Part shown: positions 1 through 9,513 of the stretch, in pieces | Position numbering within the stretch: position 1 is the stretch's first letter | How the letters are laid out: each line of letters starts with the position of its first letter | Source: a virus | Taxonomy: Duplodnaviria; Caudoviricetes | DNA length: 56,854 nucleotides | Strand: one strand, 5' to 3' | IMG/VR virus record: IMGVR_UViG_3300045284_000200 | Span: 1-56,854 of that record | The notes under the pieces: generated by a model | Told to the model about the DNA's origin: nothing | What the model saw: the letters and a program-made list of their open reading frames with translations, nothing else | Database searches by the model: none | Translations under genes and position numbers: made by a program

Positions 1-127
1 AAGGCTTCGATGGCCCGCATCTGGGCTGCTGCTGCTGGACTGATTGCCTTGATGCCGGGGTCCATCGTGATTCGGCGCATGGCCATCCGGTTGAAGTTGC
101 GTCCGGCGACGACGAACGGTGAGAACC
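1..127. repeat. Terminal direct repeat, copy 1 (circular assembly overlap)
   Basis: 1-127 is identical to 56728-56854; 127 nt is a common assembler k-mer length, and the gene across the join stays in frame. Confidence 0.95.
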
Positions 128-3100
128 CGGCATCCTTGAAGAACCGCTGGAACTGGCCCATGAGCCTGCCGTTGTACTGACCCATCTGGTTAACCCACTC
201 ACGGCGCTCCGCTGGCGTATCATCAACCCATCCACGGCGAACTAGATTCTTGTACATGTCATCACGCACAAGGCGCATAGCTTTGTCCACGAACGAAATG
301 ACGTTGTGATTGAAGTTGGCAATAGACGCCAACCTGCCTTCTTTTGCCACGCCCTTGGCCCGCATAGCCCCGATGTCAGCCAGTTCGGCAATCTGCCGCT
401 GCACGTCAGGCGTCTTGGCCAGAACCTTGATGGAACTGGCAACGACGCGACCGATGGCATCAGGAAGGTTCACCCCCGGAAGCTTGCGAGCCATGTCCAC
501 TAGGACATTTTTGCCGCCCTGAGAACCAGCAATTGATCCTAACCCGTTGGCAACATGCCATACGGCATCGGTGGGGCCGGCCAACTGGATGCGATTTAGC
601 AGGGTGGCCGCGTTAACGATGGCGCTGCGCTGAACCGGTCCATCCACGTCAAGTGCCTGACGCACCTCCCCGGCCAAGTCCGCCCGAACCCACAGGTTCT
701 TGACGTAGGTCCGCACCTTGTTTTCACCCGCCGGGACACCTTTACGCTCAATTGTGAACTTCACGGCTGGTTTACCGCCAATCTCCGGCGTCGGTTCGCC
801 CGGGTCGAGCATCTCGGCCAACCCGTCTTTGACCAGTTGGTCGTACATCTGACGCTTGGTTGACTCCTCGAAGTTCCCTTCGATCATCCGTTGCGCGACT
901 GTTCGGTAGTCCGTCTCGTACTTCTCAGCGGTGCCGGCGGCTGTCTTGGAGAAGCGCGATGGGCGCCGCAGCGGGTTCATCAGGTTGCCGCGCCCGCCGC
1001 CTGACAGCAGCGCCTCCTCCCCGCCTTCAAAGATAGCCTTCAGGTTCACAAACGCGCCTGTATTCAATCCTGGGCCCGCCAAAGTGCCTCCTGCCTCTTC
1101 ATGGGCGGCTTCAGCTGTGGGTTGAACGCTTGTCTTGTGCCGGTCGATGGCGGCTTGAATCTCAGGATCGGCCAGGGCGGCTTGGAACTCCGCTTCCGTC
1201 TGGAACGGTGAATCCTGTTTTCCGATCAGGCTGTTGACCTTTCGGGCTGCTTTCGTATCCCCCGCCTTAGTGAAGGCGTCCTTGATTCCACGGAGACGGT
1301 CCTCGACGAGCAGAGCGCCAAGCTTCTTGCCAAAAGACAAGTCCTTGTAGTGCGAACCCAAGACATCGGTGGCCATGCTCTCGGCGACCAGCGGGGCTGC
1401 AATCTTTGATGAAGCGTAGCGGACGAGCGCGTTGCCGGACTCCACACTGGCGGTGCTGGTCTTTGGGGCTGATTTACCGGCAAGTTGAGCGCCAACAACC
1501 TTCATGGCTGTAGGCGCCGCCTTCACGAAATCGACGGCGGCTTTAGCCACCGGTGCCAATGGAGCGAGAGGCACAGACCCAGCCTCTCCACCCTTCAATG
1601 CCCCGGGCTCGCGGACGGAGGCGGCGATGCCGCGAGGTGCAGGTGATGCAGGTGTAACGGCAGCAGGTTCTTCGAGATTGTGAGTGGGCGGTTCGACCTT
1701 CTCGTTGATCTTCTTGCTACGGTTGATGTCCTCCGCTTCCAGGATGAAGTTGTCGCCACCAGAAAACGCGCTGGCCTTTGCCTTGGCGTAAGCCGCCTGA
1801 GCCTTCGAGGTGGGTAAATCTACCCAACTGATGTTCGGTCCAAACGTGGATGCCTTCGTGATGTTAGACGTATAGAACGCGCCTCCGGTGCCACCGCCCT
1901 GAGGGCCACCTTCGCCGTGGAACAGTCGAACATGCCCGGCAGGCACTGGGGGCAGTTGCTTCAGAACCGGCATGTGTTCGGGTGCCACTGCGGTCTGGAG
2001 TGATGCAATCTTAGCGTCAATCTGTGGTCGCAACTCAGGCTTACTGACTCGCAACCGCGCCAGTGAAGGAAGATCGGATGGCAAAACAGACTCGGCAGAT
2101 TTTGCCGTGGACTGAAGCTGATTTGGCTTCTGTCCACTGGATGGCGGCTCAGGAGGCATACCACCATACTTGTTCTTGATGGCTTCGTTCTCTTTGAAAA
2201 GCGCACCACCCTCTGCGCTATCCAAGCCAAGCCCCTTACCTTTCAATCCAGCAAGTTCCGCCTGTATGTCCTGATACCTTGCGTAATCTTCTGGAGTCGC
2301 CCGATAAGTTGTTCCCAGTGGATCGCCTTGTGGATTTTTGAATCGGGAGTTTCCCTGTTTCACCACTTCAGGTTTCGTTGGTTCCGCCGCTGGTTTCTCG
2401 TCCAAGTGACCAAGCATTCCAGCAGCACTCAAGTCCTCGCTCGTGAGATGATCTGGTTTGGTGGGCTTCTTACCGGTTTGCTTCTCGAAGATGTCAGCGG
2501 CTTCTTTACGGCTGACAAACCGCTCCTTGCCAGTGGTCGGGTCTGTGGCCGTGAAGCCCTGACTCTCCGGCTTGAACAGGTCTTCGATGGGAGCATCTGG
2601 AGCAAGACTCTTGGATGCTTCACCGATGGCCAACGGATGAGCCTTACCTTTGAAGGTCTGTTCACCTATCCTAACCGCCGGAGTCAGCAATGTGCGGTCG
2701 GTTAGTGGAACTTCGGTTCCCCCCGCCGCTTTTTCTCCTCGTGCGCCTTGCGCGTCTCCGGGTGGTACTCCGCTTGGTGGAACTCCTCCACTACCTTTTT
2801 GGGTGGACAGTTGCTCATTGACCCCGGGTTGTTCCGGCAACCCTCGAAGAATTTCCGCTGCTTGTCGCTCTTGTATGGCATTTGGTTCTCCTGTTGTTGT
2901 TGGTTCTTTGGCCAACTCACGCAGCGTTTCGGGTAACGCGACTCGCGGTCCAGCCGCATGAGTTCCGGCCATTGTTGTGAATGCGCCAGTTGCCGCCAAC
3001 TCGGTGGCTGCCCTGGCAATTGCTTCCGGGTCTTTGTTCGCTACGGCTTCACCCAAGTTCCGCGCCATCTCCGGCACTTGCCTAGCCATGTCCGCCGCAA

Positions 3101-3668
3101 AAGCGCCAGACGTGAGGCGCGCAGCGGCCGGAACCGCAGCTATTCCAGCAGTTCCAGCCAGCAGTCCCAGATTCATCGGGGAGGTGAACGATTCGGCCGT
3201 CCGATAGGCGCCCTGTGTTAATCCAGAGGTAGCTTTGGCCAACGGACTGGGCGTCAACGGAGTCTCCATCAAAGCCCATCGATCTCTCTCGGAAAGGAAC
3301 GGCGCTACCATCGCCTCCATCCCAGCTTCAGTTTCCTCCGGGGTAAGTGCTAATTTGGAAAGTGGCACCAGTGCCTTGCTGGGGTCGAATGGGATGTTTG
3401 TCTGGATCTGCCCCTTATCTGTCACCTGCATCCCGTATGGGCTCATGACGGGGAGCTTGGTCGGAGGTGGCGTTGCGCCATATTCATCCTGCCAGAACTG
3501 CGGTACTGAAACGGCTGCCTGCGGCACGTAAGCATTAGCTCCCCAATCTTGGGATGGCGGGATGATTGGCCGCGGCGGAGGTGCAACAGCGATAGCCGTA
3601 TCAGGCGTGAAGTCGATACTGCTGTCCGGCGAATCCTCTTCGTCAGCGGTGAAATCTATCGTTGGCAT
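1..3668 (-). CDS. Giant internal virion/ejection (polyvalent-like) protein, 5' part; continues across the junction to 55752 (~1547 aa total)
   Basis: Hand translation from ATG 3668 (MPTIDFTADEEDSPDSSIDFTPD...) shows no stop down to base 1, in frame with 55752..56813; A/P/E/K-rich; last gene of the virion module, after two smaller ejection-type genes; absent from the ORF track because it runs off the edge. Confidence 0.8.
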   Translation of the reverse strand, partial: MPTIDFTADEEDSPDSSIDFTPDTAIAVAPPPRPIIPPSQDWGANAYVPQAAVSVPQFWQDEYGATPPPTKLPVMSPYGMQVTDKGQIQTNIPFDPSKALVPLSKLALTPEETEAGMEAMVAPFLSERDRWALMETPLTPSPLAKATSGLTQGAYRTAESFTSPMNLGLLAGTAGIAAVPAAARLTSGAFAADMARQVPEMARNLGEAVANKDPEAIARAATELAATGAFTTMAGTHAAGPRVALPETLRELAKEPTTTGEPNAIQERQAAEILRGLPEQPGVNEQLSTQKGSGGVPPSGVPPGDAQGARGEKAAGGTEVPLTDRTLLTPAVRIGEQTFKGKAHPLAIGEASKSLAPDAPIEDLFKPESQGFTATDPTTGKERFVSRKEAADIFEKQTGKKPTKPDHLTSEDLSAAGMLGHLDEKPAAEPTKPEVVKQGNSRFKNPQGDPLGTTYRATPEDYARYQDIQAELAGLKGKGLGLDSAEGGALFKENEAIKNKYGGMPPEPPSSGQKPNQLQSTAKSAESVLPSDLPSLARLRVSKPELRPQIDAKIASLQTAVAPEHMPVLKQLPPVPAGHVRLFHGEGGPQGGGTGGAFYTSNITKASTFGPNISWVDLPTSKAQAAYAKAKASAFSGGDNFILEAEDINRSKKINEKVEPPTHNLEEPAAVTPASPAPRGIAASVREPGALKGGEAGSVPLAPLAPVAKAAVDFVKAAPTAMKVVGAQLAGKSAPKTSTASVESGNALVRYASSKIAAPLVAESMATDVLGSHYKDLSFGKKLGALLVEDRLRGIKDAFTKAGDTKAARKVNSLIGKQDSPFQTEAEFQAALADPEIQAAIDRHKTSVQPTAEAAHEEAGGTLAGPGLNTGAFVNLKAIFEGGEEALLSGGGRGNLMNPLRRPSRFSKTAAGTAEKYETDYRTVAQRMIEGNFEESTKRQMYDQLVKDGLAEMLDPGEPTPEIGGKPAVKFTIERKGVPAGENKVRTYVKNLWVRADLAGEVRQALDVDGPVQRSAIVNAATLLNRIQLAGPTDAVWHVANGLGSIAGSQGGKNVLVDMARKLPGVNLPDAIGRVVASSIKVLAKTPDVQRQIAELADIGAMRAKGVAKEGRLASIANFNHNVISFVDKAMRLVRDDMYKNLVRRGWVDDTPAERREWVNQMGQYNGRLMGQFQRFFKDAGFSPFVVAGRNFNRMAMRRITMDPGIKAISPAAAAQMRAIEA
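2702..2881 (-). CDS. Small basic protein (59 aa, MPYKSDKQRKFF...) nested in an alternative frame of the giant gene
   Basis: AGGAG Shine-Dalgarno (2888-2892) 6 nt before the ATG at 2881; N-terminus resembles the MP(F/Y)KSxxQRxF pattern of small phage proteins. Confidence 0.55.
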   Translation of the reverse strand: MPYKSDKQRKFFEGCRNNPGSMSNCPPKKVVEEFHQAEYHPETRKAHEEKKRRGEPKFH

Positions 3669-3679
3669 CAGACGCGAGT

Positions 3680-4102
3680 TTAGTTGTCGGTGTGTCGTAA
3701 GGCGCGATATGGCTGTGATCCGCTGCGGAGCGTTCCTTTTGAAAGCCATTCATCGTTTTCCTTTTGACGTTGTGCGACAGCTTTAAGAGAACATAGGTGG
3801 CAGTCCCCTCTTCTTACACGAGCCAGCTTCAGCATGTCTTTGCTGAGTGTCTTCTCAAGGTCTTTGACTACTGGTTTATTGAGTGAGTATGCGTATCGAG
3901 CATATTCAAAGTCCGCGAGATGCTCTGTATAGCACCAAGGACAAATGTAGAATAACTTATCTTCCCGTTCGTAAATCACTTGTATCGGAAGGAAGTCCCA
4001 ATCCGATTCAGCAACAGGACACGCCTTTGCTTTAGACTTAAAAGGAATGAACTTTGCCGCTATAGCGAGGGCTAGCGTTTTGAGAAACGATCTAGTGTTC
4101 AT
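3680..4102 (-). CDS. Hypothetical protein with Tat-like N-terminus and CxxC...CxxC zinc-binding motifs
   Basis: MNTRSFLKTLALAIAAKF start; CPWC and CHLC; lower GC than its neighbours. Confidence 0.55.
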   Translation of the reverse strand: MNTRSFLKTLALAIAAKFIPFKSKAKACPVAESDWDFLPIQVIYEREDKLFYICPWCYTEHLADFEYARYAYSLNKPVVKDLEKTLSKDMLKLARVRRGDCHLCSLKAVAQRQKENDEWLSKGTLRSGSQPYRALRHTDN

Positions 4103-4295
4103 TTGAAGATGAATTAAATTTGGCATTAGCAAGCTCCGGGAACTCTTTTTCCAATTCCGGGAACAGTCCGCTAGCTATAAGTCCTATCACGTCTTCTCTG
4201 CGTGCTTCCCATTCTGTTCCCTCGCAGCCCACAAACCATAGGGTAACTGGCCACTGCCTCCGAACCTTACTCTGGATTCCTTTTCTTGCTGTCAT
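4092..4295 (-). CDS. Hypothetical protein (67 aa)
   Basis: Start overlaps the upstream stop (TAATG coupling). Confidence 0.5.
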   Translation of the reverse strand: MTARKGIQSKVRRQWPVTLWFVGCEGTEWEARREDVIGLIASGLFPELEKEFPELANAKFNSSSNEH

Positions 4296-5338
4296 TAAAC
4301 CTGCGCTTCCCCTTCTGAATCGATCTCTTCGTATCCAGCTTCCAAAGCCGCGTCGAGTTGGTCTTCAGGAATCATCCCAGTTTTGCCATCAGGCGATGTT
4401 ACCCGAACCATATTGGCTGCTGCTTCTTCATCTGGTTCGACTGATGCCCCACCTTCGTCTGGGGCAACTGACGACGAACCACCTGGAGGAATGGACTGCG
4501 CCGCTGGGTTTGGAACCACGGCTGGTGCTCTTGGCGGCAATGGACCGGGAATCTGCTGGGTTCCGCGTCGCTCAATGTCCTTTTCGATACGATCACGTAA
4601 AGCAGTGAGCTTTTTCTGGAGCGCCGCTTCTTCTTCTCCTGTTGCCGTATCCAGTTGTTTCGAGTAGATGCCGGCGAGAATTTGGTCTTGCCTCATTCTT
4701 CCTTCTGGAGACATCTCGGTACGTGGCAACGGAACAATAGAACCTCCGGCCCCTCTTCGTACTTTCACTCCAGTAGGATTGCCTTGTTCGTCCATCAATT
4801 CGTGGGCAACAAAATCTTGTGGACCAGTGACTCCTTTCGGAACGGCAAAAGTCATTCGCTCTGGATGTTTCGCAAAGAGCATCGGCGCGTTCTCAGTGAT
4901 GAGCTTTTGCAACGATTCACCTCTCTGTAATCCTTCTTGCACAGCTTTTGCACCTTGCATCTGTTGCGCTGCCGTCTTGGCTTCCGCCTCGGCTGCCTGT
5001 TGTTTCATCCGCAAGGTCTGCTGGAATTGATCGGCTCTCTGAGCCTGATATTCCCGTCGCAACTGCATCTGGCCCGCGGCTTGAGCAAGTTCCCGATCAT
5101 TCGTCTGCTTGAGAACTTGATCACGACGCAGAGCGGCACGTTCTTGCGCGGCTTGTTTCTCCGAATCTTGTGCGGCCAGATTAGCCGCATTCTCACGACG
5201 GAACTGGAGTTCATCAGCCTGCGCTTGAGCCGCCCGTTCGCTGGCCGCTGCCTGATTGCGCTGCGCGTTGGCCGCAAGCCTGATTCGTGCGGGAGCAATC
5301 GGGTCGAGGTTTAACCAAGGAGGAATTTGGACAGCCAT
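4295..5338 (-). CDS. Internal virion/ejection protein
   Basis: Q/A-rich coiled coil; C-terminal VRVTSPDGKTGMIPEDQLDAALEAGY typical of podophage ejection proteins; likely start MAVQIPPW. Confidence 0.65.
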   Translation of the reverse strand: MAVQIPPWLNLDPIAPARIRLAANAQRNQAAASERAAQAQADELQFRRENAANLAAQDSEKQAAQERAALRRDQVLKQTNDRELAQAAGQMQLRREYQAQRADQFQQTLRMKQQAAEAEAKTAAQQMQGAKAVQEGLQRGESLQKLITENAPMLFAKHPERMTFAVPKGVTGPQDFVAHELMDEQGNPTGVKVRRGAGGSIVPLPRTEMSPEGRMRQDQILAGIYSKQLDTATGEEEAALQKKLTALRDRIEKDIERRGTQQIPGPLPPRAPAVVPNPAAQSIPPGGSSSVAPDEGGASVEPDEEAAANMVRVTSPDGKTGMIPEDQLDAALEAGYEEIDSEGEAQV

Positions 5339-5342
5339 AAAA

Positions 5343-6302
5343 TCAAGAATAGAGTGGATCGTAATAGTCAGCAGGACCGTAATCAGTGGACAACCAATCA
5401 CCGCTCAAATCCGCCCCGCCTGGACCGCCGAACAGATCCGTGTTGAGCCCCTCCCAAGGCATTCCACCGCCGTAATCAAGACTGCCACCGAAATCTTGGT
5501 TCCCAGAGGATTGGTCATTGAAAAGCCAACCGAAAGGATCTTGATCCCCTCCTCCCGCGCTCAAAGCGTTCGGGAAGCTTCCCCAAGGAGAGTACCCACC
5601 GCCTTGCGATGTATTCTGGTTGGTTCCATATCCTATGGTCGGTGCGCCATAGCCACGCATGATGCTATCGACCGGTCGCGCCGCGCCTCCCCCACCCAAA
5701 TCGTACCTCAGTCCTGGTGTGCCGCGACCACCACCTCCGCTATCAGCCGCACCCATCGCCCGACGATAAGCCTCTTCTGGCACGGGCGCCGAAGCGTACA
5801 GATCCGCCCGTTCTTGAGCGGCCAACTGGTCATTGATGATCGCGCTTGGATCGAATGGCCTGACCGTTGGTATCTCCGATTGGACAGTTCCAAGATCCTT
5901 GAGCGCCTGATTCTCGACTCCGTAACGGGTCAGCCCAAGATCGCGGAGCAGCTTTGTATTCTCCGCCTGGCTTCCGCTCATGCCACCGTACACCGCGTTC
6001 TCGGCGGAGCTTTGTTGAAGTTCTGGCAGCAAATCCGAGATGTCTCCCTTGGCCCGCCGGCCGGTGTTGCCAAGGAGCGTTCCGAGCGTTGAGAAATACT
6101 GATCAGGGTACTGCGACCTTAACGCCGAAGATTGAGATCCAGTAATCGAATTGATGATGCCGCTCAAGCCGCCCAGATTGCTGGTGATGGCGTCAATCGG
6201 AGAGGTGACTCCCGGGATGCCACCACTGGCAGGATTGTAACTCCGCGGTTGCGCACCAGTCACACCACTTGCACCACCACTTATGATTTGTCCGCCTGGC
6301 AT
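5343..6302 (-). CDS. Gly/Ser-rich DNA ejection (pilot-like) protein
   Basis: Low-complexity G/S-rich 319 aa, located between the adaptor gene and the larger ejection proteins. Confidence 0.6.
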   Translation of the reverse strand: MPGGQIISGGASGVTGAQPRSYNPASGGIPGVTSPIDAITSNLGGLSGIINSITGSQSSALRSQYPDQYFSTLGTLLGNTGRRAKGDISDLLPELQQSSAENAVYGGMSGSQAENTKLLRDLGLTRYGVENQALKDLGTVQSEIPTVRPFDPSAIINDQLAAQERADLYASAPVPEEAYRRAMGAADSGGGGRGTPGLRYDLGGGGAARPVDSIMRGYGAPTIGYGTNQNTSQGGGYSPWGSFPNALSAGGGDQDPFGWLFNDQSSGNQDFGGSLDYGGGMPWEGLNTDLFGGPGGADLSGDWLSTDYGPADYYDPLYS

Positions 6303-6314
6303 AAAATTATTGGG

Positions 6315-6938
6315 TTAGAGTGGAAGGAACTTCTGATCATGACGATCCCAGTCTTTCAATGATTTGTTCGACTTGCTGTGGTTGCACGTAGGACACGAAG
6401 CGCAGAGATTTTCGACTGCGTGGTTTCCAGACTTTGAAAGAGCGACGATGTGATCGACGTGAACGTCCATCCCTCGAATGACCTTCCCGCAGTAGTAACA
6501 GGGAATGGTCTTTTTGCTGCGAACGAACTTGTAGAACTCATTTACACCACGAGTATCAATGCTTGCGCCAAGTATTCTTGCCCGCCTCAGCTTGGCACGT
6601 AGCACGTTTTCAGGTTGGTGGGCGTCGCTGTATTTCTTCTTGGCTCTTCGGAGAGATTCGGGATTGTTTCGCTTCTGGTTTTCAACGCTCCTTTTAACCA
6701 CTTCTGGATGAGCGGCGTGATAAGCTTTATTTGCAGCAAGTATCCGCTCTTTGTTGGCTTCGTAGTGAGCCTTTCTTGTGGCCGCGTATCTCTCTTTATT
6801 GGCGTGATAACGGGACTTGTTTTCAGATCCACGACGGTCTTTGTGATCTAACCAGAACTGCTTTTGGTATTCGCGAAGTTTCTCCCTGTGTTTTTCGCGA
6901 TAAGCTTTCTGGTAGGCTCGTTTTTCCTCTGTGATCAT
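6315..6938 (-). CDS. HNH endonuclease
   Basis: CYYCG...HVDHIVALSKSGNHAVENLCASCPTCNHSK; basic helical N-terminal repeats. Confidence 0.92.
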   Translation of the reverse strand: MITEEKRAYQKAYREKHREKLREYQKQFWLDHKDRRGSENKSRYHANKERYAATRKAHYEANKERILAANKAYHAAHPEVVKRSVENQKRNNPESLRRAKKKYSDAHQPENVLRAKLRRARILGASIDTRGVNEFYKFVRSKKTIPCYYCGKVIRGMDVHVDHIVALSKSGNHAVENLCASCPTCNHSKSNKSLKDWDRHDQKFLPL

Positions 6939-7969
6939 CTCAATGAGCCTATACGTTGATGGGACAATTTAGCAGTACCAAATGGGGCAAAATTTATGGC
7001 TGGTCGTTCTTTTCCTAGCCAAAACGTAAGTTCTCCATTCAAAAGGTTTATAGCCTTTCGGTGATGCAGTGCTGATTGACCAGCGGAGGTGGAGTCATCC
7101 ATTTCCGAGAAGCGGACGGATTGGCACTCTTCTTTCAATGCCGTGATGTTAGAGATCAGGAGATAGTCACTGTCAACCTGTACCGGAATGAGCGCGAGTT
7201 TCGCCATCGCCGTTACCTGAGTCGTTGCAGGTGCGGGCAGGACCGATCCACAGCAGTTTGGTGGGAGCCCATTTAGGAAATAGCGTCGATACCCTGCCAC
7301 CTCTTCACTGGGTTCCATCGTGAGAATCAGTCGAGATACGCCCGTCACTGTGTCCACCTCGAACACCCGCACCTGACCGACAGTAAAGTCCTTCTGCAAT
7401 CCGGTTAGCGTTATGATGTCGAACGGAGTGTCCACGAACGGTTGTGCGAATGGAATGTAGATGCCCGTAACCTCATCAACTCCATCAAGGCTGTAAATCG
7501 TCGTGCCGTTCTGGTCGGTGCCCTGCACGAGAACCCGGCGCCCGACGTCGGCCGCGTCGGTGATGTAGAACCGAAGCCGTTTGTTCGGCGGAACTATGTC
7601 GGAGAAGGTTGGGAACATGCCGCGATCGTACGTCTCCAGCCCGTTGCATTCGCAACCCGGCTGCAACCCAACTCCAGCCTCAAGGAACTCGTAGAACTCG
7701 TTCTGGATTCGCACCGGGTTACGGCAGATGTCCATGTTGATTAGCCGGGCGATGCTCCTAGGCAGGGTGATGTAGGGATTGGTTGTTCCCGTTACGGTGA
7801 ACGCCGTTCTGGCCCAAGAACCCCACCAGCCAGTCTCGCCACCCGCAAAGACCAGCCGTTGCTGTGCTTCATTGATGATCTCGATAAGCCTGTTGTTGTC
7901 CGATGCGCAAGATCCGAGCGTCTCTGGGATTCGAGATTGGCGAACGTCTTTGAGTCTAAGAATTCTCAT
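6935..7969 (-). CDS. Head-tail adaptor / tail tubular protein A-like
   Basis: N-terminal LIEIINEAQQRL helix; position between fibre and ejection genes; likely start MRILRLKDV. Confidence 0.55.
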   Translation of the reverse strand: MRILRLKDVRQSRIPETLGSCASDNNRLIEIINEAQQRLVFAGGETGWWGSWARTAFTVTGTTNPYITLPRSIARLINMDICRNPVRIQNEFYEFLEAGVGLQPGCECNGLETYDRGMFPTFSDIVPPNKRLRFYITDAADVGRRVLVQGTDQNGTTIYSLDGVDEVTGIYIPFAQPFVDTPFDIITLTGLQKDFTVGQVRVFEVDTVTGVSRLILTMEPSEEVAGYRRYFLNGLPPNCCGSVLPAPATTQVTAMAKLALIPVQVDSDYLLISNITALKEECQSVRFSEMDDSTSAGQSALHHRKAINLLNGELTFWLGKERPAINFAPFGTAKLSHQRIGSLR

Positions 7970-7970
7970 A

Positions 7971-9509
7971 TCAGGTGTCGGACATGGTAATGGCCATTTC
8001 AAATTCAATGTGTGGACCGTTCACGATGCCACCAGCGATGCCCAGTATGTCTTCCAACGGGCCGGGACCAAATATATCCGCCCTGATTTCAATGAGCGAT
8101 CCGGGGGCTTCGACAAGACTTACACTGAATTCATTTACACCAAGAGCCAGCGTAGGTGAAAAAGGAAACGCGCCGTTGCCATGATGCTTGGAAAATATCT
8201 GGGCTCCATCCTGGAAGAGAGCGATTCCGAAGAAAATATCTCCAGTCCCCAATGGCACATTTTGTTGGATGACGTTAAGACGCAACTTGAAAGTGCACGC
8301 ATGAGCATCTGCAACTATAAAGCCGTGAGCATGGACGAAAGCTTCTCCGGCGTTTGTGGCAGTCGGATTGTCCTCCAAATCAAATTGCAGAAGACCGCCA
8401 ACCGCTGATCCTCCAGCACCGGCTGTCCCGGTGGAATTGGTTGAGAAGATGTCCCAAGTGATGGCATCCCAGTCCACTCCGCAGCCTACTTCGGCTACTT
8501 CCAAAGTGAATGTCTTCTGACAACTAACTGCGCTCCCGTTGCAAGTCGCATCGACCTTGATCGCGAATGTCGATGTACCGAGATCAGTTGGAATCCCTGT
8601 CAAAGATCCGTTTTCAGCAAGAAGTATCCCCGGTGGTAAGTTTCCACTTACCAAGGTCCAGATTTCAGACGAAACAGTCGCGGGTTGCTGCACAAGCGGC
8701 TGGGCATAAACAAGCCCTATCGTTGCATTCGGAAGCGCGGTTCCAGTGACGATCTCCATGACACAAATCGTCAAGACCTTTGTCTGCGACCGGCCAAGAG
8801 AATCCGTCACCTCTACGATAAAAGTGTAGGAACCTCCGACTGTCGGAGTTCCAGTGATGGTGGCGTCGAAAAAGTCAAAGGTAAGACCTGGCGGTAGATT
8901 ACCATCAATCGACCAGATCAAATCCTCTCCATTTGAGGTGCCCAACTGGTAAAAATAGCTGATTCCAACACACACAGATGGGGGCGTTTCTCCTGAGATG
9001 CAAAACAGGTTCCGTTGCGCCAGTCTACAGGCAAGACTCCTGGCCTTCTCATCTGCAAGCGCCTGACTCAACTCGACGATGGTTCCAGCAGCCACAGTTT
9101 CCGTAAATGGTGATCCATCCGCGCAAAGCACATCACAGGTCTGAACCGAGTTCCTAAATCTTCGGATGGGGAATCTTGGATTCTGCGGAGGTAAATTATG
9201 GCCACCTCCTTTCCCTCCAGTTTCGTTCGGTCCCGGTGGAACTGGAGGCGCGGGTGGCTTTCCTCCATCATAGGTGCATTCTTCGGCACTACGAAGGGCA
9301 CAAAGATTCGCATCTTGTTGAGACACCTCTGAGAAACAGATCGATTTGCAACTCAATTGAAAATAAGTGACTCCCAACGGCGGGTTCCATTTGAAATCCC
9401 TGAAGCCGATGAACACGTCCACATCTGGCGCTTCCGCCGTGATGTTACGAATCGGATCATCGTTACACGGAAGACACTGCTTTAAGGCAAGGGAACACGG
9501 AGCGATCAT
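7971..9509 (-). CDS. Cys-rich tail fibre/adhesin with DUF5977-like segment and two putative Ig (He_PIG) repeats
   Basis: GNLPPGLTF...ITGTPTVGGSYTFIVEVTDS and GNLPPGILL...LTGIPT; TVAAGT...SQALADEKA; about 17 Cys. Confidence 0.7.
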   Translation of the reverse strand: MIAPCSLALKQCLPCNDDPIRNITAEAPDVDVFIGFRDFKWNPPLGVTYFQLSCKSICFSEVSQQDANLCALRSAEECTYDGGKPPAPPVPPGPNETGGKGGGHNLPPQNPRFPIRRFRNSVQTCDVLCADGSPFTETVAAGTIVELSQALADEKARSLACRLAQRNLFCISGETPPSVCVGISYFYQLGTSNGEDLIWSIDGNLPPGLTFDFFDATITGTPTVGGSYTFIVEVTDSLGRSQTKVLTICVMEIVTGTALPNATIGLVYAQPLVQQPATVSSEIWTLVSGNLPPGILLAENGSLTGIPTDLGTSTFAIKVDATCNGSAVSCQKTFTLEVAEVGCGVDWDAITWDIFSTNSTGTAGAGGSAVGGLLQFDLEDNPTATNAGEAFVHAHGFIVADAHACTFKLRLNVIQQNVPLGTGDIFFGIALFQDGAQIFSKHHGNGAFPFSPTLALGVNEFSVSLVEAPGSLIEIRADIFGPGPLEDILGIAGGIVNGPHIEFEMAITMSDT

Positions 9510-9513
9510 GAGA

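Noticed and set aside
1-127. Terminal repeat as a biological direct terminal repeat
   Set aside because: It lies mid-gene and its length equals a common assembler k-mer; it indicates circular assembly, not physical ends
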